In this document: in pieces, positions 29,023 to 38,461 of the stretch
Layout: every line of letters starts with the position of its first letter
Position numbering within the stretch: position 1 is the stretch's first letter
Assembly: GCA_030740155.1 (NCBI GenBank)
Contig: JASLXV010000032.1
Location: forward strand, 32,001 to 96,000
Direction of reading: 5' to 3'
Length of the DNA stretch: 64,000 nt
Source: Dehalococcoidia bacterium
GTDB taxonomy: Bacteria; Chloroflexota; Dehalococcoidia; Lucifugimonadales; UBA3495
Notes under the pieces: model-generated
What the model was told of the DNA's origin: nothing
Database searches by the model: none
The model's input: only the letters and a program-made list of their open reading frames with translations
Made by a program: the position numbers and the translations under genes

Positions 29023-29886
29023 TCAGCTCAGGAAATCCTCCGACCAACGGCTGTAGTCCGCCCGGCGGGTGACCCGGTCCATCAACTCTGCCGAAGCCAG
29101 TTGGGGGCCCAGGTCGGCGGGCGGCACCCCGTCGCGCAACGCCTTCAACGTATCGTGGACCGCCTTCACCGCAGCCTGGAAGGGCAGGTGTCCCTGCAAC
29201 GCCACGCGCACTCCGTTGGCCCCCAGGAACCGGAGGTCGGCCAGCTCGCCGCCGGCGCCCCCCAAGAGCAGGGGCACCTTGACCTCGGCGCGTACCGCCT
29301 TGACCTCCTCGCCGGTCCGGGCGCCGGCCAGGAATACGGCGTCAACCCCGGCCGCCTCGTAGGCCTTGGCCCGTTTAATCGTCTCGGCGACCCCCAGTGG
29401 CCGCAGGGCGCCGGTGCGGCCGGCGATCACCAGGTCCGGGTCTTGCCGTGCCGCCAGGGCGGCCTTCATCTTCCCGACGCCCTCTTCCAACGAGAGAAAC
29501 TGCTCCTGCCCGGCGGCGCCGAACGTTCGAGGCAGCACCGTATCCTCGATGGTCAGGGCCGAGACCCCGGCGCTTTCCAGCTCTTCCACGGTGCGCATGA
29601 CGCTGAGGGCGTTGCCGTAGCCGTGGTCGGCATCCACCAGGAGGCTCAGGTCACCGGCCCGGCAGATACGGTGGATCTGCTCGGCGAACTCGGTCAGCGT
29701 CAACACCACCAGGTCGGGCGCCCCCAGCACCGTGCCCGAGGCGATGGAGCCGGCGAACATCCCGATTTCGAATCCCAAGTCCTCGGCGATCCGGGCCGAG
29801 ATGGGGTCGAACACCGATGCGGGATGAACACACCGGTCACCGGCCAGGATGGACCGGAAGCGCTGGCGCCGTTGGGTCAAGTTCAT
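29023..29886 (-). CDS. Isocitrate lyase/PEP mutase family protein (oxaloacetate decarboxylase-like)
   Basis: SVFDPISAR, VDADHGYGNA, TIEDTVLP, AYEAAGVD. Confidence 0.9.
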   Translation of the reverse strand: MNLTQRRQRFRSILAGDRCVHPASVFDPISARIAEDLGFEIGMFAGSIASGTVLGAPDLVVLTLTEFAEQIHRICRAGDLSLLVDADHGYGNALSVMRTVEELESAGVSALTIEDTVLPRTFGAAGQEQFLSLEEGVGKMKAALAARQDPDLVIAGRTGALRPLGVAETIKRAKAYEAAGVDAVFLAGARTGEEVKAVRAEVKVPLLLGGAGGELADLRFLGANGVRVALQGHLPFQAAVKAVHDTLKALRDGVPPADLGPQLASAELMDRVTRRADYSRWSEDFLS

Positions 29887-30306
29887 GGGTCTCCTTTCAC
29901 GTCCCCGACCGAGGTTGCATTGCGCCGCTGGAGCCGCCAATCAGGCTAAGGTGACCCGCAGCTAGTGAGTTGTAACTGGTGACTATCATTGGTGACTATC
30001 AAACCGAGGTCCGAGCCCATTTTATCACAGTGGAGAAAGGGAGATTCCCCGGCGGAGGGCTAACGGGAACCTTCCTAAAAACCGGATGGAACCGATTCCG
30101 CCCGGCCCGGCGCCCGATTCAACGAGCCGGTCGCGAACCGGACGCACCGGCAAAGACTGGCCGGCAGCCACCGGGCCGCTGCCGCACTACCGGGATCAGA
30201 ATCCCGGCTAACCCCGCCGGCCGGGCACTCGGTTGCCTGCCGGTGCGGAAAGAGATAAGCTGGGGGCTGCCAACGGGCAAGAACCGTCACGGGAAGGGGT
30301 CAATAT

Positions 30307-30645
30307 ATGGGCGTCTACCGGTTATACACCGGCGGGGATGGCCAGTCGCATATCGAGGAGCTGGAACCGGTATCCCACCCGGGGCTGACTACCCCCCAGG
30401 CCGTCGCCAGCATCGTCTTCAGGGAGTGGCCGGCCCGCCACTTCATCGACTGGCATCCGGCGCCGCGGCGCCAGTGGGTGATAACCCTGTCCGGCCATAT
30501 CGAGATCGGGCTGGGCGACGGGAGCGTCGGCAGCTACGGCCCGGGGGACGCTCGCCTGGTGGAGGACACCACCGGGCAGGGCCACACCACCCGGGTCGTC
30601 GGGAGCCTGCCCAGCACCATGGCGGTCATCCCCCTAGCTGACTGA
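30307..30645 (+). CDS. Small cupin-like protein
   Basis: DGQSHIEE, WHPAPRRQ, EDTTGQGH; paralog of 30768-31106. Confidence 0.8.
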   Translation: MGVYRLYTGGDGQSHIEELEPVSHPGLTTPQAVASIVFREWPARHFIDWHPAPRRQWVITLSGHIEIGLGDGSVGSYGPGDARLVEDTTGQGHTTRVVGSLPSTMAVIPLAD

Positions 30646-30767
30646 GGACCCCGGCACCACCAAAGAGGACCCACCTTAATCCACGGCGCCGGCGGACTCG
30701 CCGCTTGCCCCCGGCTTGGGGACCGGTGGGGAGCCGGGGCCACCGATCAGGTTTAGGAGGCTGAAGG

Positions 30768-31106
30768 ATGCATATTGTCCGCGTTTTTGCCGGAGCCGAC
30801 GGCGAGTCCCATTTCGAAGACCTGACCCCCGACCAGCTCGAGGGGATAGTGAACCGGGTTGGTGAGGGAGAGATAATCCTCAACCGCCGCCCCTCGCCGT
30901 CCGTTCACGATTACCATAACGCTCCCCGGCGCCAGTATGTGGTGAACCTGGCCGGCGTTTCGGAGTACGAGACCGCCGACGGCACCGTGCGGCGCCTGAT
31001 GCCCGGAGACGTGCTGGTCGCCGAAGACCTGACGGGCCACGGCCACATCGCCCGCAACCTCGGGGATGAGCAGCGGCTCTCCCTGGCCGTTCCGCTGGCC
31101 GACTAG
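30768..31106 (+). CDS. Small cupin-like protein
   Basis: DGESHFED, YHNAPRRQ, EDLTGHGH; AGGAGG RBS. Confidence 0.8.
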   Translation: MHIVRVFAGADGESHFEDLTPDQLEGIVNRVGEGEIILNRRPSPSVHDYHNAPRRQYVVNLAGVSEYETADGTVRRLMPGDVLVAEDLTGHGHIARNLGDEQRLSLAVPLAD

Positions 31107-31133
31107 TACTCAGTCAACTTGGTTTTGGCAGGA

Positions 31134-31217
31134 TGTCATTCTGAGGAGTTCTTCCGCGGAAGGACGACGAAGAATCTCATTGTTACGCTGAGATTCTTCG
31201 CTTCGCTCAGAATGACA
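31134..31217. repeat. REP-like palindrome (TGTCATTCTGAG...CTCAGAATGACA family)
   Basis: Inverted arms TGTCATTCTGAG..GAAGAATCTC / GAGATTCTTCG..CTCAGAATGACA. Confidence 0.8.
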
Positions 31218-31600
31218 ATTCGCAGATTTAAGCTGACTGAGTACTGGGTTTCCCCAGGTGATCCCTCGGATCCGGAAATCCGGTGGTCCCCCGGAGCGGC
31301 TCCGCCCGAGTAGCTCGTGCCGGAAAACCGAGTCACTATAGCTGAAGCTGGGAACTACCCCAACAGAGACGAACCAGGCTAACGCCGATATAAGAGGGCG
31401 AGTACGAGTCTCGTGGACCCGCAGATGGCTTGATGGCCGGTTCGTCATCCCGGTGAAGAGCCTGCCCCGGCCCCGATGCAATCGGGGATGGTCGCGGGGA
31501 GTGATTGCAGCCCAGTTTCGCTGATGTAAAGCTTTTCACCAAACAGTACACTGGAGGTGGGCCGCCCGGCCTTGGCGGTGATCTGGGGCGGCGAAATTCT

Positions 31601-32867
31601 TCAGCGAGGGCCGCCCAGCAGGGAGTGGAGGTGGAGCAGGCCCTGCTGGCGCCGGGCGGTGGTCACGACGCCGCTCCAGGCCGGGTCCACCAATTGGCCG
31701 GCCATTTCTCGCGTCAGCTCGTTCTCCTGCAGATTCCCGAACCGTTGATAGAGAGCCAGGCAGTCCCGGCCGGAGGGCCCTCCCTCGGGACGGCCCCCCA
31801 GGGCGTGGAGAAAAGGCAGGACCACGTTCACCGCCAGGTCCCGGGCTCGTGCCTGGCCGACCCACGCGTTCTCCCCACCGGGAGTTCCCGCGACCTCCAG
31901 GGACAGGGTCAACTCCTTGGGGCTGCCGGCGCCGGCCACCCGGCCCACACCGGCCGCCAGCCCTTCCTCGATGAAGCGGTCCAGCAGGCGCGCCGCCCCG
32001 CCGATGCGTCGCCGGGGATGGTTTGCGGGCCGCACCCGGAAGCAGTGCCACTCTCCGGCGGACAGGGGAGGCCCGAAGCCGGACCGAGGCAGCGGATGCT
32101 CCTGGCTTCCGGCGGCGGGGGACAGCCCGGACAGTATTACAAGCCAGGACTCGAGGGCCGGAACCCGGTCTTCGACGGGCACCCGCCGGGCGGCCCGTTG
32201 CAACGCGGCGTAGGAAGCCCGCGCCGCCAGTTTCAGGAACGGCTGCTGGTTGTTCCGGTACCCCAGCCCCTCCAGTATCCCTTCGTACAGCGTCTGGTCC
32301 GGCTCCTGCTCCTTCAGGAAGGTCTGAAAACCGGCGCTCTTCAGGAGAAACCGATGGTCACCGGCCCGGTCCAGGAGTTCTCCCAACGCCGGTGGCGTGC
32401 CGGGCCGCGGGTACCCCTGGCTTTCGAGTAGCGGCCACAGGCTGGGGGCAGGCCGGGCGCCCGGGGTCCCCTCCCTCCAGCAGGGCTGCCAAACAGACCA
32501 CGGGGGCTTGCTGCCCGCTCTGCAGGCTGGTGACGGATGAGTCCACCTCGAGTGCGGCATGCAGGACGACCCCGTTGTAGTTGGGGTCCTTGCCGTGGCC
32601 GTGGCTATCCCAGTCCCGTTGGCGAAGGTGAATCTCCACGTCCCCCTGGACCAGGCCCAGGCCCTCGATCTCGAGCAGGGCGTTCCGGAAGTCGGGCCCG
32701 GCGGAATGGCCGGCGCGCCCGGGGTAGACCACCCGCACCCTGGCCCCGCCGCCGGTGCGGAGCCAGGCCTGCCGGGCGGCCCGTTTCCGCCAGAGGTCGG
32801 CCAGCAGGCGCTCCGGGATGGCGTCTTGGCGCTTCCTCTTCCCGGCCGGGACGCGGGACGACGGCAT
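31601..32867 (-). pseudogene. DUF2851-like gene split by a frameshift (pseudogene or sequence error)
   Basis: N-half (YPGR...GPDFRNA...GDVEIH...W..HGH..DPNYNGVVLH) lies in ORF 32358-32930 and C-half (LGYRNNQQPF, RVRPANHPRRR, NVVLPF, QQGLLHL) in ORF 31601-32560; the frame switches in a G/C-run region near 32440-32480. Confidence 0.8.
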
Positions 32868-33141
32868 CGTCCTCAAGGTTGAGTCACTGTTCACCGTTGG
32901 CGCCCTCGCCTCGCTCCGAGTTGATACCAAAATAGCACAGGCCCATAGTATTTGTCACCAAAACCCTCGGAAACGTCCCGGAGACGGCAATCCACGAGGA
33001 GGCACTTCCGGGAGACGAGGCTTTCCTGAAATGACGGCGCCCGTGACGGAGGCTGGGGCAAACCTGGCGCCGGGGCCGGCAAGCGGTTAGAATTCCAAGC
33101 GGGAAGATTGAACGGGAAGATTGAAAAGGAGGCCGGCCGCC

Positions 33142-33870
33142 GTGACGGAGCCGAAGCCCGCCGGAGGGTCCCTGACCCTGACCTACTACGGCCACTGCGC
33201 CTTTCTGTGGCAGACCGCCCAGGGGCTGCGGGTGCTGGCCGATCCCTACCGGAACCGCCACGACCGCTACTGGTTCACCCGCCGGTTCCCCCGGGTGGAA
33301 TGCGACCTGGCCCTGATAACCCACGCCCACTTCGATCACGATGCCGCCGATCGCCTGTCCGAGACCACCTCGGTGCTCCGGATGCCGGGGCATTTTCAAC
33401 ACCGGGATATGTCCATCCGGGGTATCCGGGACATCCACGCCGGCCGCTCCGGGCGGCTCAACATGCCCAACGTCATGTACCGGCTGGAGGCCAACGGCAT
33501 TAGCTTCCTCCACCTGGGGGACAACCGGGTTGACATGCTTCCCGCGGCGCGCCAGGCCATAGGACAAATCGACGTGCTGCTAGTCACCGTGGACGATTCC
33601 TGCCACCTTCTCAGCTACCAGCAGGTGGACTCTTTGATCGCTGAGCTGAACCCCCGAATCGTCGTTCCCATGCACTACCTGATCCCCGGGCTGATCCCCG
33701 AGTCTACTAGCCTACGGTCCCCCGACGGCTGGCTGGCCACCCAGTCCGAGGTCCGGCGGCTGAACTCCCACAGTATCACCCTGTCCCCCGGGGACCTGCC
33801 CGGAACCACCCAGGTCTGGGTCTTCGAGCCCTCTCCGGAGTCGCTGACCGCGCCGACGGTTCAGGCCTGA
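33142..33870 (+). CDS. Metallo-beta-lactamase-fold hydrolase
   Basis: YYGHCAF, THAHFDHD, HLGD, VVPMHY; AGGAGG before GTG 33142. Confidence 0.9.
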   Translation: MTEPKPAGGSLTLTYYGHCAFLWQTAQGLRVLADPYRNRHDRYWFTRRFPRVECDLALITHAHFDHDAADRLSETTSVLRMPGHFQHRDMSIRGIRDIHAGRSGRLNMPNVMYRLEANGISFLHLGDNRVDMLPAARQAIGQIDVLLVTVDDSCHLLSYQQVDSLIAELNPRIVVPMHYLIPGLIPESTSLRSPDGWLATQSEVRRLNSHSITLSPGDLPGTTQVWVFEPSPESLTAPTVQA

Positions 33871-34054
33871 GGAAATCGGCGCTCCCGGCAGGCGGTTTGG
33901 GCGTCCGGCGTGGGACCCGCATCAACCATATTCCCGTTTCTTGAGGTGGTATCGCTAACCCTCTGGCTGTGGCGGCAACCCCTGGCCTTCTTTGGCCGAG
34001 CTATCGCGTTAGCTCTACTTCCCCTCTCTAAGCCTGACGTTCGTCAGGAGACCT

Positions 34055-34915
34055 TCACCCCGAGTCCATACCGTAAAAGAAGTCGGCATCCACCTTCTCC
34101 CCGCCCCGGACCGGGGGGAAGGCCCGGATGTACTGTTCCTTACCCAGGATGCCGGCCGCGACCTCCCGGGGCACCCGGTTGTAGGGCCAGTCCGGGCCCG
34201 TCTGGGTGCGGTGGCAGAGGATGGAGGCGATCTTGGTCTCCAGGTGGCCGGCCAGGTCCAGCTCCACGTGGATCTCCTCCGGGGGGCTGCCGTGCTCCGC
34301 CTGCTCCGGCGGGGGCAGGGGTACGTCGAGCCCGGCTTCTCGCAGCTTCAGGGCCCATTGGGTGCGGAACCCCTGGGGCCGGGTGCAGTAGAAGAGACGA
34401 TCGGCCGCATGGTGCCCCTGGCCGCCCGTTAGGATGGAGGGGAAGGCCGCCGGGTCGGAGGCCAGCCGGAAGGCTTCGGTGGCGTGACGGCACACCGCGA
34501 TGTGGTCGGGGTGGCCAGACAGGCCCCCTGGCTCGAAGGTGAGCACCACCTGGGGCCGGAAGCGGCGAATCTCGGCGACGAGACGCTCCACCACCTCGGC
34601 GGCGGTGGCGTTGATGTAGGCGTTGGGGTGCCCGTTGGAGGGGGTACCGGGCATTCCCGAGTCGCGGTAGCCCAGGACCTGGTTGCTCGAAAGGCCCAGG
34701 ACCCGGACGGAGCAATCCAACTCCTGGCGCCGGACGGAGGCCAGGGTCTCCCGGGTGGCCGCGCCCTCCTCCCGGATCTCCCCTTCCTCACCCAGGGTGG
34801 CGGTAATCAGGCGGATATCCACGCCCCGGGCCGCGTGGGCGGCCAGGGCTCCCCCAACGGGGAAGGCCTCGTCGTCGGGGTGGGCGAAGCACACCAGCAG
34901 CCGAAAGCCGGGCAT
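34055..34915 (-). CDS. PIG-L family deacetylase (MshB/Mca-like)
   Basis: FAHPDDE, TLGEEGE, GYRDSGM, GHPDH, CHRTQ. Confidence 0.93.
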   Translation of the reverse strand: MPGFRLLVCFAHPDDEAFPVGGALAAHAARGVDIRLITATLGEEGEIREEGAATRETLASVRRQELDCSVRVLGLSSNQVLGYRDSGMPGTPSNGHPNAYINATAAEVVERLVAEIRRFRPQVVLTFEPGGLSGHPDHIAVCRHATEAFRLASDPAAFPSILTGGQGHHAADRLFYCTRPQGFRTQWALKLREAGLDVPLPPPEQAEHGSPPEEIHVELDLAGHLETKIASILCHRTQTGPDWPYNRVPREVAAGILGKEQYIRAFPPVRGGEKVDADFFYGMDSG

Positions 34916-35309
34916 AGAACCTCTCCTGCGAAGCCCCCGCCGCGCCTCTGGCGCCCTTGGCTGCCAGGCAACTCTCCCGGTTCCGGTCCCGGAGGGCCGC
35001 CGGGCCATGAACCTCCGGTTGGCGGTCACATTTCCCGGTCCCACCGGGCGGTCGGGCGGGATGGGGTACGGCCGGGTTTCTGATAGAGGACTTTTATTGG
35101 ACGGCGTCCGGGGACGGCGACCGGTGCTCCTCGCCCTCGGTTGACGGAATCGTCCCGCCGGCCCCTGACGCCAGTGTACGGGGAGCTACATGGGTAGTCA
35201 ACGGAGGTAGTCAACGGAGCCGGTTCCGGCGGCTACCCACTTCCCATCCGATGGCTATCGTACCCATATCGAGGCACGGGCGAAGTCGCGGGACCGGCCT
35301 CCACTCTTT

Positions 35310-35400
35310 CGTCTTTCCGGCGCAGGCCGGAATCCAGATAAGCTCCGCCTGGTTCCCGCCCCCGGATCCAGTCCGGGGCCGGCTCTTCGGCGGGATGACG
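35310..35400. repeat. REP-like palindrome (GTC.TTCCGGCGCAGGCCGGAATCC family), imperfect
   Basis: CGTCTTTCCGGCGCAGGCCGGAATCCAG ... CGGCGGGATGACG arms. Confidence 0.55.
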
Positions 35401-35855
35401 GGCCGGGTATCAAGCCGTTGGCGGAACACCGGCGCCCGGTCAACTTGATGCTGATACATGTCATCCCGAGCGAACCAAGGTAGGACATACCGCTAGAACC
35501 GAGTTACCTGAGTAACAGACCGGAGTTCACTGCGGAGCCGGGGAGTTCAACGGAGCATCGAGCGGCCAGAGAGATGAAACGAACGGTTTTCGCGGCCCGG
35601 AGTCCCGGGCAGCGAGAGTCGGCGGGCTGTGGTTTTAGGTGAGACGGCCCGGAACCCCGTTGGGAGATGGTGGTGGGGTCTTGGACGCCGGGGGGAGGCC
35701 GCCGCGCCGGCGGGTAGTGACACCCGGCCCCCGGATACTGCGGTCCCTCCGGAGATATCGGCCGGAGATATCGAGAGGTGGCGGTCCGCGGTTCTACCGG
35801 CGGGCTGTCGATGCAGCCTCCTGGTCGGGCGGGCCGGCCGGCCCGGTAAAGGGGC

Positions 35856-35999
35856 CTAGTCGGAGGATGGCAGCTTCCGGGGTTGCTGCAACTCCATCTC
35901 GGCTTCACAGCAGTGGATTACTCCCTCACCGTTCTTGGTGCACAGAACACTGCTGCCGCATTCGGCGCAGACGTACCGCTTGCCTAGCTGGTTGGCCAT
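35856..35999 (-). CDS. Desulforedoxin-like small protein (47 aa)
   Basis: Hand translation MANQLGKRYVCAECGSSVLCTKNGEGVIHCCEAEMELQQPRKLPSSD; CxxC-x15-CC; GGAGG RBS; below the ORF-track length cutoff. Confidence 0.88.
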   Translation of the reverse strand: MANQLGKRYVCAECGSSVLCTKNGEGVIHCCEAEMELQQPRKLPSSD

Positions 36000-36049
36000 G
36001 GGTCAGTCCTCCAAGGAAACGGGTCCGCGGCCGCCGAGGGGTCGGCGGA

Positions 36050-36169
36050 CTATTTCTTGATTTCCATAACCTGTTTGCAACAGGCGATTGCGCCTTCGCC
36101 ACCCTTGGTCACGATGAACTCCGCGCCGCACTGGGCGCATACGTAGCGCTTCCCGGTCTGGTTAGCCAA
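36050..36169 (-). CDS. Desulforedoxin-like small protein (39 aa, TTG start)
   Basis: Hand translation MANQTGKRYVCAQCGAEFIVTKGGEGAIACCKQVMEIKK; CxxC-x15-CC; AGGGGG RBS-like sequence upstream. Confidence 0.85.
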   Translation of the reverse strand: MANQTGKRYVCAQCGAEFIVTKGGEGAIACCKQVMEIKK

Positions 36170-36332
36170 GTAGTCAGCCCCCCTATCCGCGAGACACCTC
36201 GCACTTCGTCAGCCCATTATAGACAACAGGCCCTTGGGATTCAACTCACGCCCGCGGACCCCCTAGGAGCGGCTCCCCGGGCCCCTGCCTTTACCTTCAT
36301 GGAGACCGGAAATCGGGAACGTAGACCGGGAA

Positions 36333-37598
36333 TCAGGAACCGGCCGCGCCGCCGTGACCCGCAGTGTCCAGGTGGGGCATGGACATGACCGGGGTGCGGT
36401 TCTGAAGGTATTCTTCGGTGACGAAGGGCGAGCCGAACCCGAAACCCTCGGCGCACTCCCGCACCACCTCCAGGACTTCGGCGCGCAGGGTCAGCGGCGC
36501 CGGCTCCACTCCGCCCTGGATGATGCTGCGGATGAAGGTCCCGGAGAGGTCCTGTTTCAACTCGCGGTGGCCGCACAGCCCTTCGTAGGCGACCCCGGCG
36601 CACACCGGGCAGTACCACCATTCGAGGGTGAGCACCGACCTAATGCCCAGGTCGGGCAGGCTGTCGAATACCTGGTGGGCGGCGTAGGTGTCGTAGTAGC
36701 TGCCGACTCCCGCGTGGTCCCGGCCGAACATGTGGTGGGTGCAGCCCAGGTTCTTGCGAACCAGGGCGTGGAAGACGGCTTCACGGGGTCCCGCGTACCG
36801 CATATCCCACAGCAGGACCGAGGTCAGATGGACGTCGGGACGGAAGAAACCGGCTTCCCGCAGCCGGTCGTGGGCCAGGACGATGGCCTCGTCGATGAAG
36901 TCGCCCGTCTTCTTCTCGCCAACCACGGCGCTTACCAGGACCCCGTCGGCCTGGGCCGCCAGGAACGCCCCCTTCATCAGCCACTCGTGGCCTGAGTGGG
37001 GAACATTGCGGGTCTGGTGGGCCACGACCCGGTTCCAGTCCCGCTCGGCCAACGCCTGGCGGAGCTGGCGGGGCGTGTGCCAGAACCGGTCGAAGGGCGG
37101 GTTGATCACCGGCGGGTTGACCAGGGTCACCGGGCCGCCCAGGAACCGCTCCTGGTAGGCATAGGTGCGCTGGACCCCAGGGTGGGCCGTGTCGGTGGTC
37201 CCGTAGATCTGCCGGGCCAGGTACTCCAGGTCGAGGGTGAAAATCTCTTCCACGTCCAGCACCGCCAGGGGCTCTCCCTGGTAGGTCAAGAGCAAAGAAT
37301 CTCCCGTTTTCGTCCCCAGGCCGTCCAGCTCTTCCTGGGAGATGTCGAAGACGATCGGGATGCTCCAAACGTAGCCGCTGGCGAGGGTCATGTCCCGGGC
37401 CACCGCGTCCACGTCCGCCCGGCCCATGAAACCCTCGAGGGGCGAGAAGAACCCGTAGGCAAGGTTGAGCACCTCACGGGCCACCTGGTCTCGTACCGCC
37501 AACTGGGGCAGGCCGCGAATCCTCTCCCTCGCTTCCTCGGGCGCTATGACCCGGGCCACCAGGGTTCCTCCATGGGGCGACAGGGCGTTATCTACCAA
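36333..37598 (-). CDS. sat: Sulfate adenylyltransferase (ATP sulfurylase)
   Basis: PHGGTLV, FSPLEGFM, QTRNVPHSGHE, MRYAGPREA, HMFGRDHAG, Zn-site-like CPVC...CGH. Confidence 0.96.
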   Translation of the reverse strand: MVDNALSPHGGTLVARVIAPEEARERIRGLPQLAVRDQVAREVLNLAYGFFSPLEGFMGRADVDAVARDMTLASGYVWSIPIVFDISQEELDGLGTKTGDSLLLTYQGEPLAVLDVEEIFTLDLEYLARQIYGTTDTAHPGVQRTYAYQERFLGGPVTLVNPPVINPPFDRFWHTPRQLRQALAERDWNRVVAHQTRNVPHSGHEWLMKGAFLAAQADGVLVSAVVGEKKTGDFIDEAIVLAHDRLREAGFFRPDVHLTSVLLWDMRYAGPREAVFHALVRKNLGCTHHMFGRDHAGVGSYYDTYAAHQVFDSLPDLGIRSVLTLEWWYCPVCAGVAYEGLCGHRELKQDLSGTFIRSIIQGGVEPAPLTLRAEVLEVVRECAEGFGFGSPFVTEEYLQNRTPVMSMPHLDTAGHGGAAGS

Positions 37599-37643
37599 TT
37601 CTCAATCCTTTCCCGCAGTTGTGTGAAGTCTGGCCAAGGGCTA

Positions 37644-37672
37644 ATTTTGCCTTTGCGAGTCCAGCGTGTCAA
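37644..37672 (-). promoter_or_regulatory. Putative sigma70 promoter of sat
   Basis: Minus strand TTGACA-N17-CAAAAT about 45 bp upstream of the start. Confidence 0.5.
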
Positions 37673-37755
37673 CTGAGATAGCCGGGGGGGTATAATACAA
37701 GCCGCCCAAACGACCGGCCCGAATTGGGCCAAGGACGGGTTCTTTAGGAGGGGCT

Positions 37756-37793
37756 TCTGGGGAACCCTTTCTTGCAAGAAAGGGTTCCCCAGA
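37756..37793. repeat. Perfect 38-bp palindrome
   Basis: TCTGGGGAACCCTTTCTTGCAAGAAAGGGTTCCCCAGA; resembles 1873-1908. Confidence 0.8.
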
Positions 37794-37827
37794 CCCTTCC
37801 CAAAGAAACTCAGGCTGGAGGTTTAAG

Positions 37828-38292
37828 ATGCGGATCGAACAGAAGATAGCGGACATGGGACTGGAGTTGGCCGCGCCGAGCGCCCCCATCGCCAACTTTG
37901 TCCCCACGGTGCGGACCGGGAACCTGCTGTTTGTGTCGGGTCATATCCCCAGATTGCCCGACGGCTCGGTGCTTCATCCCGGCAAAGTGGGTCGGGAGCT
38001 GTCCGTCCAGCAGGGGTACGAGGCGGCCAAGCTGGCCATGGTGAACTGCCTGGCCAGCATCAAAGCGGCCCTGGGCGATCTGGACAAGGTGCGGCAGGTG
38101 GTCAAGCTGCTGGTGATGGTCAACGCGTCTTCCGAGTTCGACCGGCAATTCCTGGTGGGCAACGGGGCCTCCGACCTGCTGGTGGAGCTGTACGGAGACC
38201 AGGGGCGCCACGCCCGCTCCGCCGTGGGGATGGGCAGCCTGCCCCGGGGGGCCTGCGTGGAGATAGAGATGATCGTCGAGGTGGCGGATTAG
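37828..38292 (+). CDS. RidA/YjgF family protein
   Basis: GNLLFVSG, NGASDLL, HARSAVG...LP...VEIE. Confidence 0.93.
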   Translation: MRIEQKIADMGLELAAPSAPIANFVPTVRTGNLLFVSGHIPRLPDGSVLHPGKVGRELSVQQGYEAAKLAMVNCLASIKAALGDLDKVRQVVKLLVMVNASSEFDRQFLVGNGASDLLVELYGDQGRHARSAVGMGSLPRGACVEIEMIVEVAD

Positions 38293-38309
38293 GCGCCGGT
38301 TCAGTTGAT

Positions 38310-38376
38310 TGTCATTCCGAGCGAAGGGAGGAATCTCAACGTAAGCAAGAGATTCCTCCCTTCGCTCGGAATGACA
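38310..38376. repeat. REP-like palindrome between convergent genes
   Basis: Perfect 28-bp inverted arms TGTCATTCCGAGCGAAGGGAGGAATCTC / GAGATTCCTCCCTTCGCTCGGAATGACA. Confidence 0.88.
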
Positions 38377-38461
38377 GCCCTGGGGGAACCGGGCCGCCTG
38401 AGCACGGAGCTCTGGGCGCCAAGCCGGAGGCGGCACCCACACTTGACCGCTGACCGCTCGC

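Noticed and set aside
29940..30300. Possible riboswitch or ncRNA here and in 44640-45110 and 25760-26140
   Set aside because: No recognisable conserved riboswitch, SRP, RNase P or tmRNA motifs by eye; an Rfam scan would be needed.
31110..31481. ORFs containing CHSERSEES or VILSEAKNL peptides
   Set aside because: These are translations of the palindromic repeat, not credible proteins.
36303..36342. Imperfect 20-bp tandem repeat at the sat stop codon, and 9-bp duplications near 50326 and 58458
   Set aside because: Isolated two-unit repeats consistent with ordinary slippage; no functional signal.
36333..37598. sat as evidence for dissimilatory sulfate reduction or sulfite oxidation
   Set aside because: No apr, qmo, dsr or cysC in the window, so the direction and role of the enzyme cannot be inferred.
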